Shown in pieces: positions 29,269 to 38,888 of a stretch of 64,000 bases of DNA. The notes beneath the pieces are model-generated. The model searched no databases. It saw only the letters and a program-made list of their open reading frames with translations, and was not told where the DNA came from. Numbering within the stretch: position 1 is the first letter of the stretch; every line of letters starts with the position of its first letter. The translations under genes were made by a program, and so were the position numbers. The DNA is taken from the sequence record KT895374.1. One strand, 5' to 3'.

Positions 29269-29772
29269 CTATTTTTTATTCTTAGTTGTTGATGATTTTT
29301 TTACATTAGATTTTGATTTTGTCTCTTTATTATCTGATTTTGATTCTTCTTTCTTTTCTTCAGTTTTTTCATTTTCTTTCTTTTGATCTTTTGTATCAGA
29401 TTTATCTTCAGACTTTTCTTTATTTAATTTTTCATCAACTTTTTTCTGTACTTCTTCTTGTTGCTCTTGAATTTCTTCTTCAACTTCTTCAGGTTCTAAA
29501 CCATCTAGTTCATTTTCAATTTCCTCCTTAGTAGATTTAACTAAGTCAGATTCTTCTTCAAAATCTCTTTCAGAAAATTCTACGGCTTCATCAATAGTTT
29601 CTTCAATTTCCTCTTCTGAAAGTTCTTCTTTGCTAGGCTTTAATTTTTCTTTAAGGTTTTTAACTTTCTCTTTACCTTTCTGTGCTAATTCAGTTTCCTT
29701 AAATTTATCATAAGCCTTTTTAGTTCCGATTCCGATAATAATTCCTGCACCTAAGATAGCTGATTTTTTCAT
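29269..29772 (-). CDS. membrane-anchored acidic, low-complexity protein (167 aa)
   Basis: N-terminal AILGAGIIIGIG segment, then an E/K-rich tail. Confidence 0.7.
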   Translation of the reverse strand: MKKSAILGAGIIIGIGTKKAYDKFKETELAQKGKEKVKNLKEKLKPSKEELSEEEIEETIDEAVEFSERDFEEESDLVKSTKEEIENELDGLEPEEVEEEIQEQQEEVQKKVDEKLNKEKSEDKSDTKDQKKENEKTEEKKEESKSDNKETKSKSNVKKSSTTKNKK

Positions 29773-29827
29773 TATATTTTCCCCATTTCATGTTTTTTAG
29801 TAGTATTGTTAATTTAATTATTAGAAG

Positions 29828-29938
29828 TTATTTAACAAATTTTCTAAGTAATTCACGAGTTACAACGCCAGCAGTAGTTCCAATTGCAGTTTTGATAAAT
29901 ACTTCTTTAGTTAAATTGAAAAATCTTTTTTTGCTCAT
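29828..29938 (-). CDS. cationic amphipathic peptide 4 (36 aa), not in the ORF track
   Basis: MSKKRFFNLTKEVFIKTAIGTTAGVVTRELLRKFVK; GGGGGAG RBS. Confidence 0.75.
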   Translation of the reverse strand: MSKKRFFNLTKEVFIKTAIGTTAGVVTRELLRKFVK

Positions 29939-29962
29939 TTCAATCTCCCCCTTAAATTTTAT

Positions 29963-30085
29963 TTAATTATCTAGATCTACAAACTTTTTAAGTAATTTAT
30001 CAGTAACTACTGAAGCCGTTCCTTGTACAGCAGTATAAATGGTTATAATTTTTAATGCATTTTTAAAGGCTTTTCTCTTACTCAT
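29963..30085 (-). CDS. cationic amphipathic peptide 3 (40 aa), not in the ORF track
   Basis: MSKRKAFKNALKIITIYTAVQGTASVVTDKLLKKFVDLDN; AGGAG RBS. Confidence 0.75.
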   Translation of the reverse strand: MSKRKAFKNALKIITIYTAVQGTASVVTDKLLKKFVDLDN

Positions 30086-30097
30086 TCCTATCAACTC

Positions 30098-30208
30098 CTA
30101 TTTAATTTCTTTAACAGCAGCGTCTGTTAGTTTGCTAGCCGCATATTGAATTGATAATGAAACTGCTAAAACTTTAATAATTTTGATTGCTGTTTTTCTC
30201 TTACTCAT
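30098..30208 (-). CDS. cationic amphipathic peptide 2 (36 aa), not in the ORF track
   Basis: MSKRKTAIKIIKVLAVSLSIQYAASKLTDAAVKEIK; GGGGG RBS. Confidence 0.75.
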   Translation of the reverse strand: MSKRKTAIKIIKVLAVSLSIQYAASKLTDAAVKEIK

Positions 30209-30237
30209 TTTTAATCCCCCCAATAAAATATTTTAAA

Positions 30238-30339
30238 TTATTTATTTTTAAAGCATCTTTCTAGATATTTTCCAACTAATATTTGACAAGATATTGCGGC
30301 TGTCATAGACAAGGTAAACTTAATAAGATCTTTTTTCAT
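30238..30339 (-). CDS. cationic amphipathic peptide 1 (33 aa), not in the ORF track
   Basis: MKKDLIKFTLSMTAAISCQILVGKYLERCFKNK; GGAGGG RBS inside the end of the upstream gene. Confidence 0.7.
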   Translation of the reverse strand: MKKDLIKFTLSMTAAISCQILVGKYLERCFKNK

Positions 30340-30340
30340 T

Positions 30341-30685
30341 TTAATTCCCTCCAATTTCAATAAATTCTAGAAGAGTATTGAGTTCTTCAGCTAATTCTTT
30401 TCTATTAAATTCATCTGATTCATCATTATATTCAATGATTACCTTTTGATCAGTAATATTAAAATAGAGAGTATCATTATTATTCATTATGTGAAATGAA
30501 GAACTTCTTACATTACTTTTGACGAGATGTGTTATTTTTTTAAGTTCTTCTATTTCAAATTCTCCTATTACGTTAGAATTTTTTACCATAACAATTTTTT
30601 CATCCTTAATACCTATACCATAATCATTGCTGTCGAAATAAGCTAATTTAAATAACGAGCAAAGTTTAATCCTAATATCTCTCAT
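30341..30685 (-). CDS. hypothetical protein (114 aa)
   Basis: AGAGGA RBS; first gene after the leftward early-type promoter. Confidence 0.7.
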   Translation of the reverse strand: MRDIRIKLCSLFKLAYFDSNDYGIGIKDEKIVMVKNSNVIGEFEIEELKKITHLVKSNVRSSSFHIMNNNDTLYFNITDQKVIIEYNDESDEFNRKELAEELNTLLEFIEIGGN

Positions 30686-30774
30686 ATTTTTTCCTCTTTT
30701 CTACTTTTTATTTTTGTGAATGGATCATAGAAATTTCCTTAATTCTATAATGTTTTTATTCTTCTTTCACTATT

Positions 30775-30851
30775 ATAATATATATTTATTCGAATTTTTT
30801 GATACGGTTAGCAAATTTTAACTTATTTTTTAAAGCTATATTATTAAAATG
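30775..30851. promoter_or_regulatory. divergent pair of phage early-type promoters at the strand switch
   Basis: TATATTAT-N6-G on the minus strand at 30775..30782 and on the plus strand at 30837..30844. Confidence 0.7.
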
Positions 30852-30878
30852 TAAAAGAAAATTTGGAGGAGATATTAG

Positions 30879-31334
30879 ATGTACAAAAAAATTAAGGTTG
30901 GATTTTTAATGATTTTAGCAAGTCTTCTATTAATTTTATCGGGATGTGACTTATTATTTGGAAAAAGTAAGGAGAGAACAAGTGCTGATGAAGATGCTGT
31001 AAGATTAGAAAACGAGGTAAGTAAAGTTAGTGGGAAGGTAAAAAGTTCTGAAAATGAAAAAATTAATGAAAAAGTAAAATATAATATTATATATTTTGAA
31101 TATTTAAATAATAGTCAAGAAGCTTATCCAAGTCTAGATATTGGTTATATTGACATAAATGGAGAAAGAAAAAGTAAAATTTTTGAAAATTATCAAGAAA
31201 AAATTATTGAAGGTAAAAAACCTTATTTAATTGTAGAAAATGATAAAGCTTTTATTTATAGACCACCTTATATTAGTTATATTCAAGATGATACGGATGG
31301 AAAGATAATTAATAAGAAAGAGAATGATGAATAA
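30879..31334 (+). CDS. putative lipoprotein
   Basis: Signal peptide with lipobox LLLILSGC. Confidence 0.75.
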   Translation: MYKKIKVGFLMILASLLLILSGCDLLFGKSKERTSADEDAVRLENEVSKVSGKVKSSENEKINEKVKYNIIYFEYLNNSQEAYPSLDIGYIDINGERKSKIFENYQEKIIEGKKPYLIVENDKAFIYRPPYISYIQDDTDGKIINKKENDE

Positions 31335-31831
31335 TGTTTATAAAAAGAGTGATTGTATTAATTTCGTTAATCCTAGTATTATTATTTATTAATAATATTG
31401 AAGAACTATCAGCTTCTACAGGAACTGCAGTTAGAGCAAGTATCTCAGCTTCAACAAATGTAACAAATAGAACTCCTATCAATACATTAGCTAGAAATAG
31501 CTATATAGGGTCATCAAGTAGTTATGCTAACAGATCTATTGGTTTATACAACTATAATATAAATATTATTAATAGTACCTATAATAGCTATTTACCATAT
31601 TGGATAATCTTTGATAGTGTAAATCTAAATAATTCACAAAAGAGCTTTTTAAAAGATAATAAAAAATTTATTAATGATATAAAAAATAATAAAGGTAAGT
31701 ATTGGATACTAATTAAAGAAACTAATGGATCTAAAAAAGCAGTATCCGTAGATAAAGAGCAATATAACCAACTTAATATAGGAGATAATATACATATTAA
31801 GAATGGTCTATTAAAAATAAAAAATAAGTAG
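31334..31831 (+). CDS. secreted or membrane-anchored protein
   Basis: N-terminal hydrophobic helix; C-terminal VSVDKEQYNQLNIGDNI beta-barrel-like segment. Confidence 0.65.
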   Translation: MFIKRVIVLISLILVLLFINNIEELSASTGTAVRASISASTNVTNRTPINTLARNSYIGSSSSYANRSIGLYNYNINIINSTYNSYLPYWIIFDSVNLNNSQKSFLKDNKKFINDIKNNKGKYWILIKETNGSKKAVSVDKEQYNQLNIGDNIHIKNGLLKIKNK

Positions 31832-31845
31832 TAAACTTTGAAAGA

Positions 31846-32181
31846 ATGGGGAAAAAGAAAATGAGAAAATTTGATTTTGAAAAAGCAAGCATTATTATTA
31901 AAGAGGAAATTAACAAAGGATTACTATTAGTTACTGCAGGATTAGAAGATAATGATGATTCTTGGGCGACCATCTACAGAGATGGTCGTTTTTGGAATCC
32001 TAAAGATCGTTTAGACATTTATCAGGGAATTTTTGCAGTAGAAGACAATAGTGATGTACCAGTTATGAACTTACGCTATAGAGATGGAAAAATAAAAACT
32101 TTAGAAATGTATATTGAAAGTGATGAAGAAATTAAAAAAGAAGATTATAAAATGGTAGACAACTGGGAGAGTTTAAATTAG
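31846..32181 (+). CDS. hypothetical protein (111 aa)
   Basis: ORF in an operon. Confidence 0.7.
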   Translation: MGKKKMRKFDFEKASIIIKEEINKGLLLVTAGLEDNDDSWATIYRDGRFWNPKDRLDIYQGIFAVEDNSDVPVMNLRYRDGKIKTLEMYIESDEEIKKEDYKMVDNWESLN

Positions 32182-32252
32182 GGATTAAATATTAGGTGAG
32201 CATTATCACTCACCTAATATTTTTATATTATTATAGAGGGGTGTTAAAAATA

Positions 32253-32957
32253 ATGGATACTATTTATTACAGGGTATGTCTTTTAAGAGATCATCCAGAG
32301 CTTAATTTTTTGGAAGTCTATAACTGTTCAGAATTATGCGGCAGGTTTACTATACATGAAAAAACTTTTTGGTCTAGTTTCTTTGGAGATCAACCTCGAT
32401 TGTCTGTATCCATGGCAGGAGCACAAGTGAGGCTTAATTTCTCATCACCTGTTTCAAGTAGAGAAAGTGATTGCATAGAATTCGTTAATCATCTAACTGA
32501 TTTAGAACCAATCGAAAAAGAGAAACCAAAGAAATCCTTATTAAATTTCTTTGGATTGGGTAAAAAAGTCCAACAAAAAAATAAGCAATTAGAAAAAAAT
32601 CCTAGAAGATACTATAATTTTTACAACACAGACTATTCAAAAGAGGTACTTGATCTTATTGTCCTTACAAAAACACTAAGAGATGATTATCCTGAAATAT
32701 TTGCAACCTTTTCAAAATCAATAGAATATACAATAGAAAGTTTATTAACATTGGCAAAAAATGACTATGCTCATAGAGATTTTAATCATAGTCTCAAAAA
32801 TGGTATATCATTAATTAAAGAGTATTATAAACTTGCTGTGGTAGCAAAAGAGAAAGCGGATTCCGAAACGAAAAAAATAGTTGAAGCGAGTATAAAACTT
32901 CACAATCAAGCTATAGAAGAACTTACATCAGGCATGAAACGAATTAATGATTTATAA
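32253..32957 (+). CDS. hypothetical protein, paralogue of 374..1108
   Basis: Start moved to ATG 32253 (GAGGGGTG RBS, promoter at 32224..32231); shared C-terminal half. Confidence 0.75.
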   Translation: MDTIYYRVCLLRDHPELNFLEVYNCSELCGRFTIHEKTFWSSFFGDQPRLSVSMAGAQVRLNFSSPVSSRESDCIEFVNHLTDLEPIEKEKPKKSLLNFFGLGKKVQQKNKQLEKNPRRYYNFYNTDYSKEVLDLIVLTKTLRDDYPEIFATFSKSIEYTIESLLTLAKNDYAHRDFNHSLKNGISLIKEYYKLAVVAKEKADSETKKIVEASIKLHNQAIEELTSGMKRINDL

Positions 32958-33069
32958 TTTTCTTTATCAAAGAGTTTTTTATGATTGAGTGGAAAAGAGT
33001 ATAGTACTAATTTTACCCACTATTGATGATTTCTACTCAATCATATATTATGGGAGGTTAATTTTTTTG

Positions 33070-33471
33070 ATGGAATTTTTAAATATATTTATTATTCTAA
33101 CTATTGCATTTCCAATAGCTATACTTATAAACATGAATATTAATAGAAAATTGAGAGTTTATGAAAGATATTATCTCTTCTTTATTATATTCACTTTATT
33201 ATTTTTATTTTTCCCCACATTATGGATAAACGTGCTTTTTAATGAGTCAACATATTATCAGTTGATTTTAATAGCTATGATATTCTGTAGCATATTTGTA
33301 TTTGATGGTATAATTAAACAAATGAATTATGACTTTAAAAATAATAAGAAAAAATTTGAAAAGAAATATAAAACTTATTTCGCAAAAATGATTATGGTTG
33401 CTACTGTTACTGTCTTTGGAATAGTTCTCGTATTTGCAAGTATTGTAATAATTTTTATTAAAAATTGTTAA
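33070..33471 (+). CDS. multi-pass membrane protein
   Basis: About four hydrophobic helices; start moved to ATG 33070 on the GGGAGG RBS. Confidence 0.7.
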   Translation: MEFLNIFIILTIAFPIAILINMNINRKLRVYERYYLFFIIFTLLFLFFPTLWINVLFNESTYYQLILIAMIFCSIFVFDGIIKQMNYDFKNNKKKFEKKYKTYFAKMIMVATVTVFGIVLVFASIVIIFIKNC

Positions 33472-33671
33472 GAGGGTGCTGGGGATTGGTTTTATTTAAT
33501 TTATTATGGTTTTTAATCATAGGTTTTATTTTTACTTATATTTCTACTTTTTTAATTAGTGATATCATTAAATTAGAAAATCGGAATATGGCTTTATTAA
33601 ACCTTGTCATTTTAATTCTTTATACTGGATATTTTTCTTATGCTATAAATAAACTATCAAGTATTTCATAA
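33465..33671 (+). CDS. small two-TM membrane protein
   Basis: Two hydrophobic segments. Confidence 0.6.
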   Translation: MLRGCWGLVLFNLLWFLIIGFIFTYISTFLISDIIKLENRNMALLNLVILILYTGYFSYAINKLSSIS

Positions 33672-33677
33672 TTAACT

Positions 33678-33709
33678 AAATAAAGAAATCAAATTTGATT
33701 TCTTTATTT
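33678..33709. terminator. 32-bp perfect palindrome
   Basis: AAATAAAGAAATCAAA|TTTGATTTCTTTATTT followed by a T-tract. Confidence 0.7.
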
Positions 33710-33730
33710 TTTTATTAGAATAAATAAAAT

Positions 33731-33738
33731 TATATTAT
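33731..33738 (+). promoter_or_regulatory. early-type promoter upstream of the SbcD-like gene
   Basis: TATATTAT-N6-G with G at 33745. Confidence 0.65.
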
Positions 33739-33778
33739 AAATATGTAGTTTATAATTAATGAGGAGAGTGTGTAATAG

Positions 33779-34885
33779 ATGAAAGATAATAAGTATTATG
33801 GTTTTGCAATCGCTGATATTCATTTTGGAAAGAAAGATGATATTTCTTTATTTAATCAGTTAAATGATGTTTTTATAAAGAAAATTAATCAAGAAAAAAG
33901 TGATATTGATTTTGTTATTATTGCTGGTGATTTATTTGATAGAGTTTTAAAATTAAATGAAGTTGGAAGTAATTTAGCTATTAAGTTTGTAGATACATTG
34001 GTAGATCTGTCAAATGAATATAACTTTGCAATTAGAATTTTAAAAGGTACTAGAACTCATGATTTTAATCAATTAGGTAATTTTAAACATATTGAAGCAA
34101 AAGAATATCCTAGATTTCAAATCATTGAAAGTGTAGAAGAAGAAGAAATTTTTCCTGATATTTATTTTCTTTATTTACCTGAAGAATATATGGATAATCC
34201 TGAAGATTTCTATAAATCTTATTTCAATTTAGAAGAAGATGTTAAATATGATATGATCTTCTTTCATGGTACTTTTGATTTTGTAGGTTACATACCTCAT
34301 ATTGAGTCTGAAAGACATGTAAAAGAAGCACCAGTTTTTAACAGTGATCAGATTTCAAGCATTGTTCATGGTAAAGCAATCGGTGGTCATATTCATACAA
34401 GACATACCTATAAAGATAAAATTGAATATACTAGTTCTTTTAGTAGATTTTCGTTTGGAGAAGAAAAACCAAAAGGATTTGTAGAAATTACCTATGATCC
34501 ACAAGAATTAAAATGTAATACAAGATTTATTGAAAACACTTTAGCACCTGATTATATCACTATCAATATGGAAGAAATGGCGGGTATTTCATTAGAAGAT
34601 AAAATTAAGAGAGTTAATGCATTAAAAAAAGAATATAAAAATATAAGAATTAAAGCTAAGAATATTAATAATGAAGATGTTACTCTAATGAAAGGATTAG
34701 TCAATGGTGACGACAATATCAAACTTGATATTAAAAAAGATGATATTGAGGATAAAATTGACGAAGCATATTTATTTATCATCAATAAAGAATACAGTCT
34801 TCCAAAAACAGTTCAAAAGTATATTGAGCTTGAAACAGGAAAAAATTTATCTATAGATGAGATTAATAAATCATTAACTAAGTAA
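33779..34885 (+). CDS. SbcD/Mre11-like metallophosphoesterase nuclease
   Basis: IADIHFG, IIAGDLFD, GTRTHD, FFHGT, GGHIH motifs. Confidence 0.85.
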   Translation: MKDNKYYGFAIADIHFGKKDDISLFNQLNDVFIKKINQEKSDIDFVIIAGDLFDRVLKLNEVGSNLAIKFVDTLVDLSNEYNFAIRILKGTRTHDFNQLGNFKHIEAKEYPRFQIIESVEEEEIFPDIYFLYLPEEYMDNPEDFYKSYFNLEEDVKYDMIFFHGTFDFVGYIPHIESERHVKEAPVFNSDQISSIVHGKAIGGHIHTRHTYKDKIEYTSSFSRFSFGEEKPKGFVEITYDPQELKCNTRFIENTLAPDYITINMEEMAGISLEDKIKRVNALKKEYKNIRIKAKNINNEDVTLMKGLVNGDDNIKLDIKKDDIEDKIDEAYLFIINKEYSLPKTVQKYIELETGKNLSIDEINKSLTK

Positions 34886-34953
34886 TCTTATAAAAAATAA
34901 AACAAGTGAGTAACAAACTATCGATAATAGTTAAAAGAGAGAGGAAGACTTGA

Positions 34954-36690
34954 ATGGCATTTAGTGATAGAAATAAAAAAAATACACAAGAAAAAGTAAC
35001 CTTCCCAATTGAAATTACCATGTTAGACTCCCTGATTCAGTATATTTTTAGTGATAATGCAATTATCACTAAAAAAAGTTTATTAAATCTAAAATTATTA
35101 ATGGATCAAATTGATCTATCTTTCTTTGAAAATGATTTTCAAAGATTAATTAGAGTTAATATCATTAATACTCTTTTAGAAGGAGTTCTAGAGAATAGTA
35201 TCACTAAAGATGCTTTATTAAAAAATTACTGTAAAGATGAATTAGTTAAATATGGCGAAAATGTTGATCTGATTATTGAAGCTGATTATATTAACACATC
35301 ACTATCAAATGATGAAGTTTACTATATTAGTGAATTTATTGAAAGAAATTTAACTTATTTACATCTATTCAAGCATAAAGATGAGCTATCTCAAGCTTTA
35401 CAAGTATTAAATGTTAGTTCCCATAAAAACCTAAAAGACATTAATAAAAGATTTGAAAAAATCATTACTCTAATGCATAATGATATTAAGAATTTTAAAT
35501 CAGTTAATAAGTTTGCTGAAATGGACTTTAATCTAGCTGAAGATAATTCAGCTGGAAATGCCTTTCAGAAATCTATTGAAGAATTAAGTAGACCGAATAA
35601 TAAACTTCCATCTGGTATTAAAAAATTAAATGAAATGTTAAACGGCGGCTTTGAAAATGGTCGTTGTTATTTAGCATTAGGACTACCTAAGAGTTTTAAA
35701 TCAGGAACATTGCTTAATATTTGTATTTGGATTTGTAAGTATACAAGGGAAGTTATAACTAAGGATAAAACTAAAAAACCTTGCGTGTTATATGTTACTC
35801 AAGAAAATAGCGTGAAAGAAACTGTAGCTCGTATGTTTTCCTATGCAAGAGGTGATAATGACGGTATTGAGAACTACGAATACCGAGAAGCAATTAATAT
35901 TACTCGTGAAGCAGTTTCAGGTGAAGCAGACATTACGTTAGTTGTAAAATATCGTCCTCATCTATCAATTAACACAAAAGATTTAGATGATATGATTGAT
36001 GAAATGGCTGATGAAGGTTATGAAGTCATTGCACTTGTACATGATTATACAAAACGTATTAGACCTCAAGTATATATGAAAGATATGCGTTTAGATCTAG
36101 GTGAGGTCATCAATGACTTTACTGTGATTGCAAAATCTCGTGATATTCCTGTTATAACTGCAGGACAATTAAACAGAAACGCTTTAAATTTAATTGAAGA
36201 AGCAATAAAAAGAGGAAAAAATAACTTAGCAAAAGAACTGCATGGTTCTCATGTAGGTGAATCAGCTTTAATGTTAGAAAACGTAGACTATGCATTTATT
36301 GTTCATAAAGAAGATCAGATTGACAGACAGACAAATGAAATTATTAGAACTTGGTTAGCCTTTAAGCTGATTGTGTCTAGAGCAAAGAAAAATTCAGTTA
36401 ATTATCTTGTACATCCATTTGAAATGGAAAATGGAATTAAATTGGAAGAAGATTTTAATCTAAATAAATCTTTATCACAAGAAGAAATAGACAACGGTTT
36501 TGAGGACTTTGATCCAAATAAAATAAGAGAAGAAGCTAGTAAAAATATTCATTCAAATTCAAAGATAAAAACAAACAACAGTAATAATTCAGTAGCATTT
36601 GATCCTTTTAATCAATTACCAAAAGAAAAGAAAGAGAATAAATCAGTTAATTTACCTGTAGAATCAACTGTAGGCGGCGTGGATTTTTAA
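34954..36690 (+). CDS. dnaB: DnaB-like replicative helicase
   Basis: SGIKKLNEMLNGGF, Walker A GLPKSFKS, YVTQEN, VHDY, VITAGQLNR, VGESALMLENVD. Confidence 0.88.
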   Translation: MAFSDRNKKNTQEKVTFPIEITMLDSLIQYIFSDNAIITKKSLLNLKLLMDQIDLSFFENDFQRLIRVNIINTLLEGVLENSITKDALLKNYCKDELVKYGENVDLIIEADYINTSLSNDEVYYISEFIERNLTYLHLFKHKDELSQALQVLNVSSHKNLKDINKRFEKIITLMHNDIKNFKSVNKFAEMDFNLAEDNSAGNAFQKSIEELSRPNNKLPSGIKKLNEMLNGGFENGRCYLALGLPKSFKSGTLLNICIWICKYTREVITKDKTKKPCVLYVTQENSVKETVARMFSYARGDNDGIENYEYREAINITREAVSGEADITLVVKYRPHLSINTKDLDDMIDEMADEGYEVIALVHDYTKRIRPQVYMKDMRLDLGEVINDFTVIAKSRDIPVITAGQLNRNALNLIEEAIKRGKNNLAKELHGSHVGESALMLENVDYAFIVHKEDQIDRQTNEIIRTWLAFKLIVSRAKKNSVNYLVHPFEMENGIKLEEDFNLNKSLSQEEIDNGFEDFDPNKIREEASKNIHSNSKIKTNNSNNSVAFDPFNQLPKEKKENKSVNLPVESTVGGVDF

Positions 36691-36691
36691 G

Positions 36692-36734
36692 ATAATAAAG
36701 AAAGACTCTTTACTAAAGAGTCTTTCTTTATTAT
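36692..36734. terminator. 20-bp inverted repeat terminator
   Basis: ATAATAAAGAAAGACTCTTT-act-AAAGAGTCTTTCTTTATTAT. Confidence 0.8.
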
Positions 36735-36759
36735 TTAAGCAAGATAAGGAGGATGCAAT

Positions 36760-37377
36760 ATGGAAATAGAGGAAATTGAAAAAACTTTATTAGAGTACGA
36801 AATAACCCCTAACGAATGGTATCGAATTTCAAGAGATGAAAAATTATCCGAGGACTTTATGGAGAAATATCAAAATAAATTAAATTGGGAAAATATATTT
36901 ATACATCAAAAATTATCTGAAAAATTTATAGAAAGACATCAAGATAAAGTTAGCTGGGCTATAATTTCTTCTTGTCAAGAATTATCTGAAAAATTTATAG
37001 AAAAACATGCGGATAAATTAGATTTTCATTGTATTTCTATATATCAAAAATTATCGGAAGAATTCATCGAAAAATATCAAGATAAATTTTACTTTAGTAC
37101 TATATCTGACTATCAAAAATTATCTGAAAAATTTATAGAAAAACATGCGGATAAATTAAATTGGATTTCAATTACTAGGCGGCAAAAATTATCTCTTGAA
37201 TTTATAAAAAAACATCAAGATAAGGTGGATTGGTCTTATATTTCTCGATATAGAAAACTATCTGAAGATTTCATATTATCTTTCTGGGAAAAAATAGATC
37301 TAGATAAAGTGATAATTAATAAAAGAGCTGAAATTACTGAAAAAATTAAAGTTAAATACGGGTTATATAAATTATGA
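36760..37377 (+). CDS. Trp-repeat family protein (7 x 23-aa repeats)
   Basis: WxxIxxxQKLSExFIEKxxDKL units; tail KIKVKYGLYKL. Confidence 0.8.
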   Translation: MEIEEIEKTLLEYEITPNEWYRISRDEKLSEDFMEKYQNKLNWENIFIHQKLSEKFIERHQDKVSWAIISSCQELSEKFIEKHADKLDFHCISIYQKLSEEFIEKYQDKFYFSTISDYQKLSEKFIEKHADKLNWISITRRQKLSLEFIKKHQDKVDWSYISRYRKLSEDFILSFWEKIDLDKVIINKRAEITEKIKVKYGLYKL

Positions 37378-37477
37378 GTTCAGAAAAAGTTAAGACAATA
37401 TATAAATTAGATAAAATTTAGATAAGTTATTCGTATTTCAATATAATATTTTATATTATGGATTGGAGTCTATTTAG

Positions 37478-38005
37478 TTGAAAAATTTAATTTCTACTGT
37501 AGTCTTAAAGTTAAAATTATATTTTTTAAGTCTTAGCACAAAACCAGATGATGAAAATGTTTATTTATGGCAATTATTTACTGAAAGACTATTTCAACTT
37601 TTTATTGAGAATAAAATAAATTTTAATACAATTGTTAAATATAAAACTTATTTAAAATGGAATGAATCATATTTATTTGACAGAAAAAGATTCTACAATA
37701 AATTAACAAATGAAGAAATCAATTTATTAAGGGATAATAAAAATAATTTTCTAATAAATACTGTAGATCTATTGATTTTTAAATCGGATATAGATGATAA
37801 ACTTATATCTATGTGTAAACCAAATCATGTAGAATCATCATATAATAATTTTTTAATGTGGGAAAATATCAGCATTAATGGTAAATTATCAGAGAATTTT
37901 ATTAAAGAAAATATAAATTTTCTTCATAAAAAAGAGTTATTAAAAAATAAAAATATTAATCAAAATTCAAAAATAGTAACTCTTATTAAATTGGAGGACA
38001 TCTAA
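37478..38005 (+). CDS. Trp-repeat-related protein, tandem paralogue of 38005..38541
   Basis: WENISINGKLSENFIKEN; tail KIVTLIKLEDI. Confidence 0.75.
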   Translation: MKNLISTVVLKLKLYFLSLSTKPDDENVYLWQLFTERLFQLFIENKINFNTIVKYKTYLKWNESYLFDRKRFYNKLTNEEINLLRDNKNNFLINTVDLLIFKSDIDDKLISMCKPNHVESSYNNFLMWENISINGKLSENFIKENINFLHKKELLKNKNINQNSKIVTLIKLEDI

Positions 38006-38541
38006 TGAAAAATTTAATAACTATTACATTTTTAAGGTTTGAATTATTTTATCTAAAGTATCGTACTAAAGAAACAAATTATAACATGTATACTTATTTT
38101 AAATGGCTAAAGTTTACAAAAAAATTAGTAAGGCTATTTGTAAGAGATAAAATAAATTTTAACATATTTGTAAAATATAAATATTACTTGAGATGGTCAT
38201 CCAATAATCATTCATTTGATGAAATTAAATTCTATAATAAGTTAGGAAATGAGGAAATCAATCAATTACGAGATAATAAAGGAGAAATTCTGTTAGATAT
38301 TGAAAATCTATTAACTTTTAGAACAGATATAGATGAAGAACTTATATCCATGTGTAATTTAGAATATAATAAATATCCTGATAATCTTAGGATGTGGGTA
38401 AATATTAGTAGAAATGGTAAGTTATCGGAAAAATTTATTAAAGACAATGTAAGTTTTCTTCATAGAAAAGAGTTATTTAAGAATAAGAATATTGATCTAA
38501 ATTCAAAAGTAGTAACTCTCCTTAAATTGGAGGATATCTAA
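38005..38541 (+). CDS. Trp-repeat-related protein
   Basis: WVNISRNGKLSEKFIKDN; tail KVVTLLKLEDI. Confidence 0.75.
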   Translation: MKNLITITFLRFELFYLKYRTKETNYNMYTYFKWLKFTKKLVRLFVRDKINFNIFVKYKYYLRWSSNNHSFDEIKFYNKLGNEEINQLRDNKGEILLDIENLLTFRTDIDEELISMCNLEYNKYPDNLRMWVNISRNGKLSEKFIKDNVSFLHRKELFKNKNIDLNSKVVTLLKLEDI

Positions 38542-38870
38542 TGAGTAATTTTTCAAACTTTCCAAATTATGAATCATTGAAAGATAGAATAATGAGAGCT
38601 AGTGAAATTATAGAAACCAACCAGATGGAAGCTAAGGAGATTCTTACAAATGAAACATATATAGAAGACGGTGAAGAAATAACTAATATTCTTTCAATCA
38701 GAGGAGTCTTGAATTCCATATATAATCATAGAATTCAACTATTTCTTGAAATGAAAAATAGGGGTTCACAATTTGATTTAAAAGGTGATTTATATATGTC
38801 AATATTTGAGAAAGGAAGAACAATGTGTTTAGAAATATTAAAAGATGAAAATAATAGATTGCAAGTTTAG
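38541..38870 (+). CDS. hypothetical protein (109 aa)
   Basis: GGAGG RBS; coupled to the upstream stop. Confidence 0.7.
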   Translation: MSNFSNFPNYESLKDRIMRASEIIETNQMEAKEILTNETYIEDGEEITNILSIRGVLNSIYNHRIQLFLEMKNRGSQFDLKGDLYMSIFEKGRTMCLEILKDENNRLQV

Positions 38871-38888
38871 CAATCTATTATTTTTTTT

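Noticed and set aside
30240-30340. Riboswitch-like G/C-richer stretch upstream of the peptide genes
   Set aside because: It translates in frame as a 33-aa peptide with its own RBS, so coding explains the composition.
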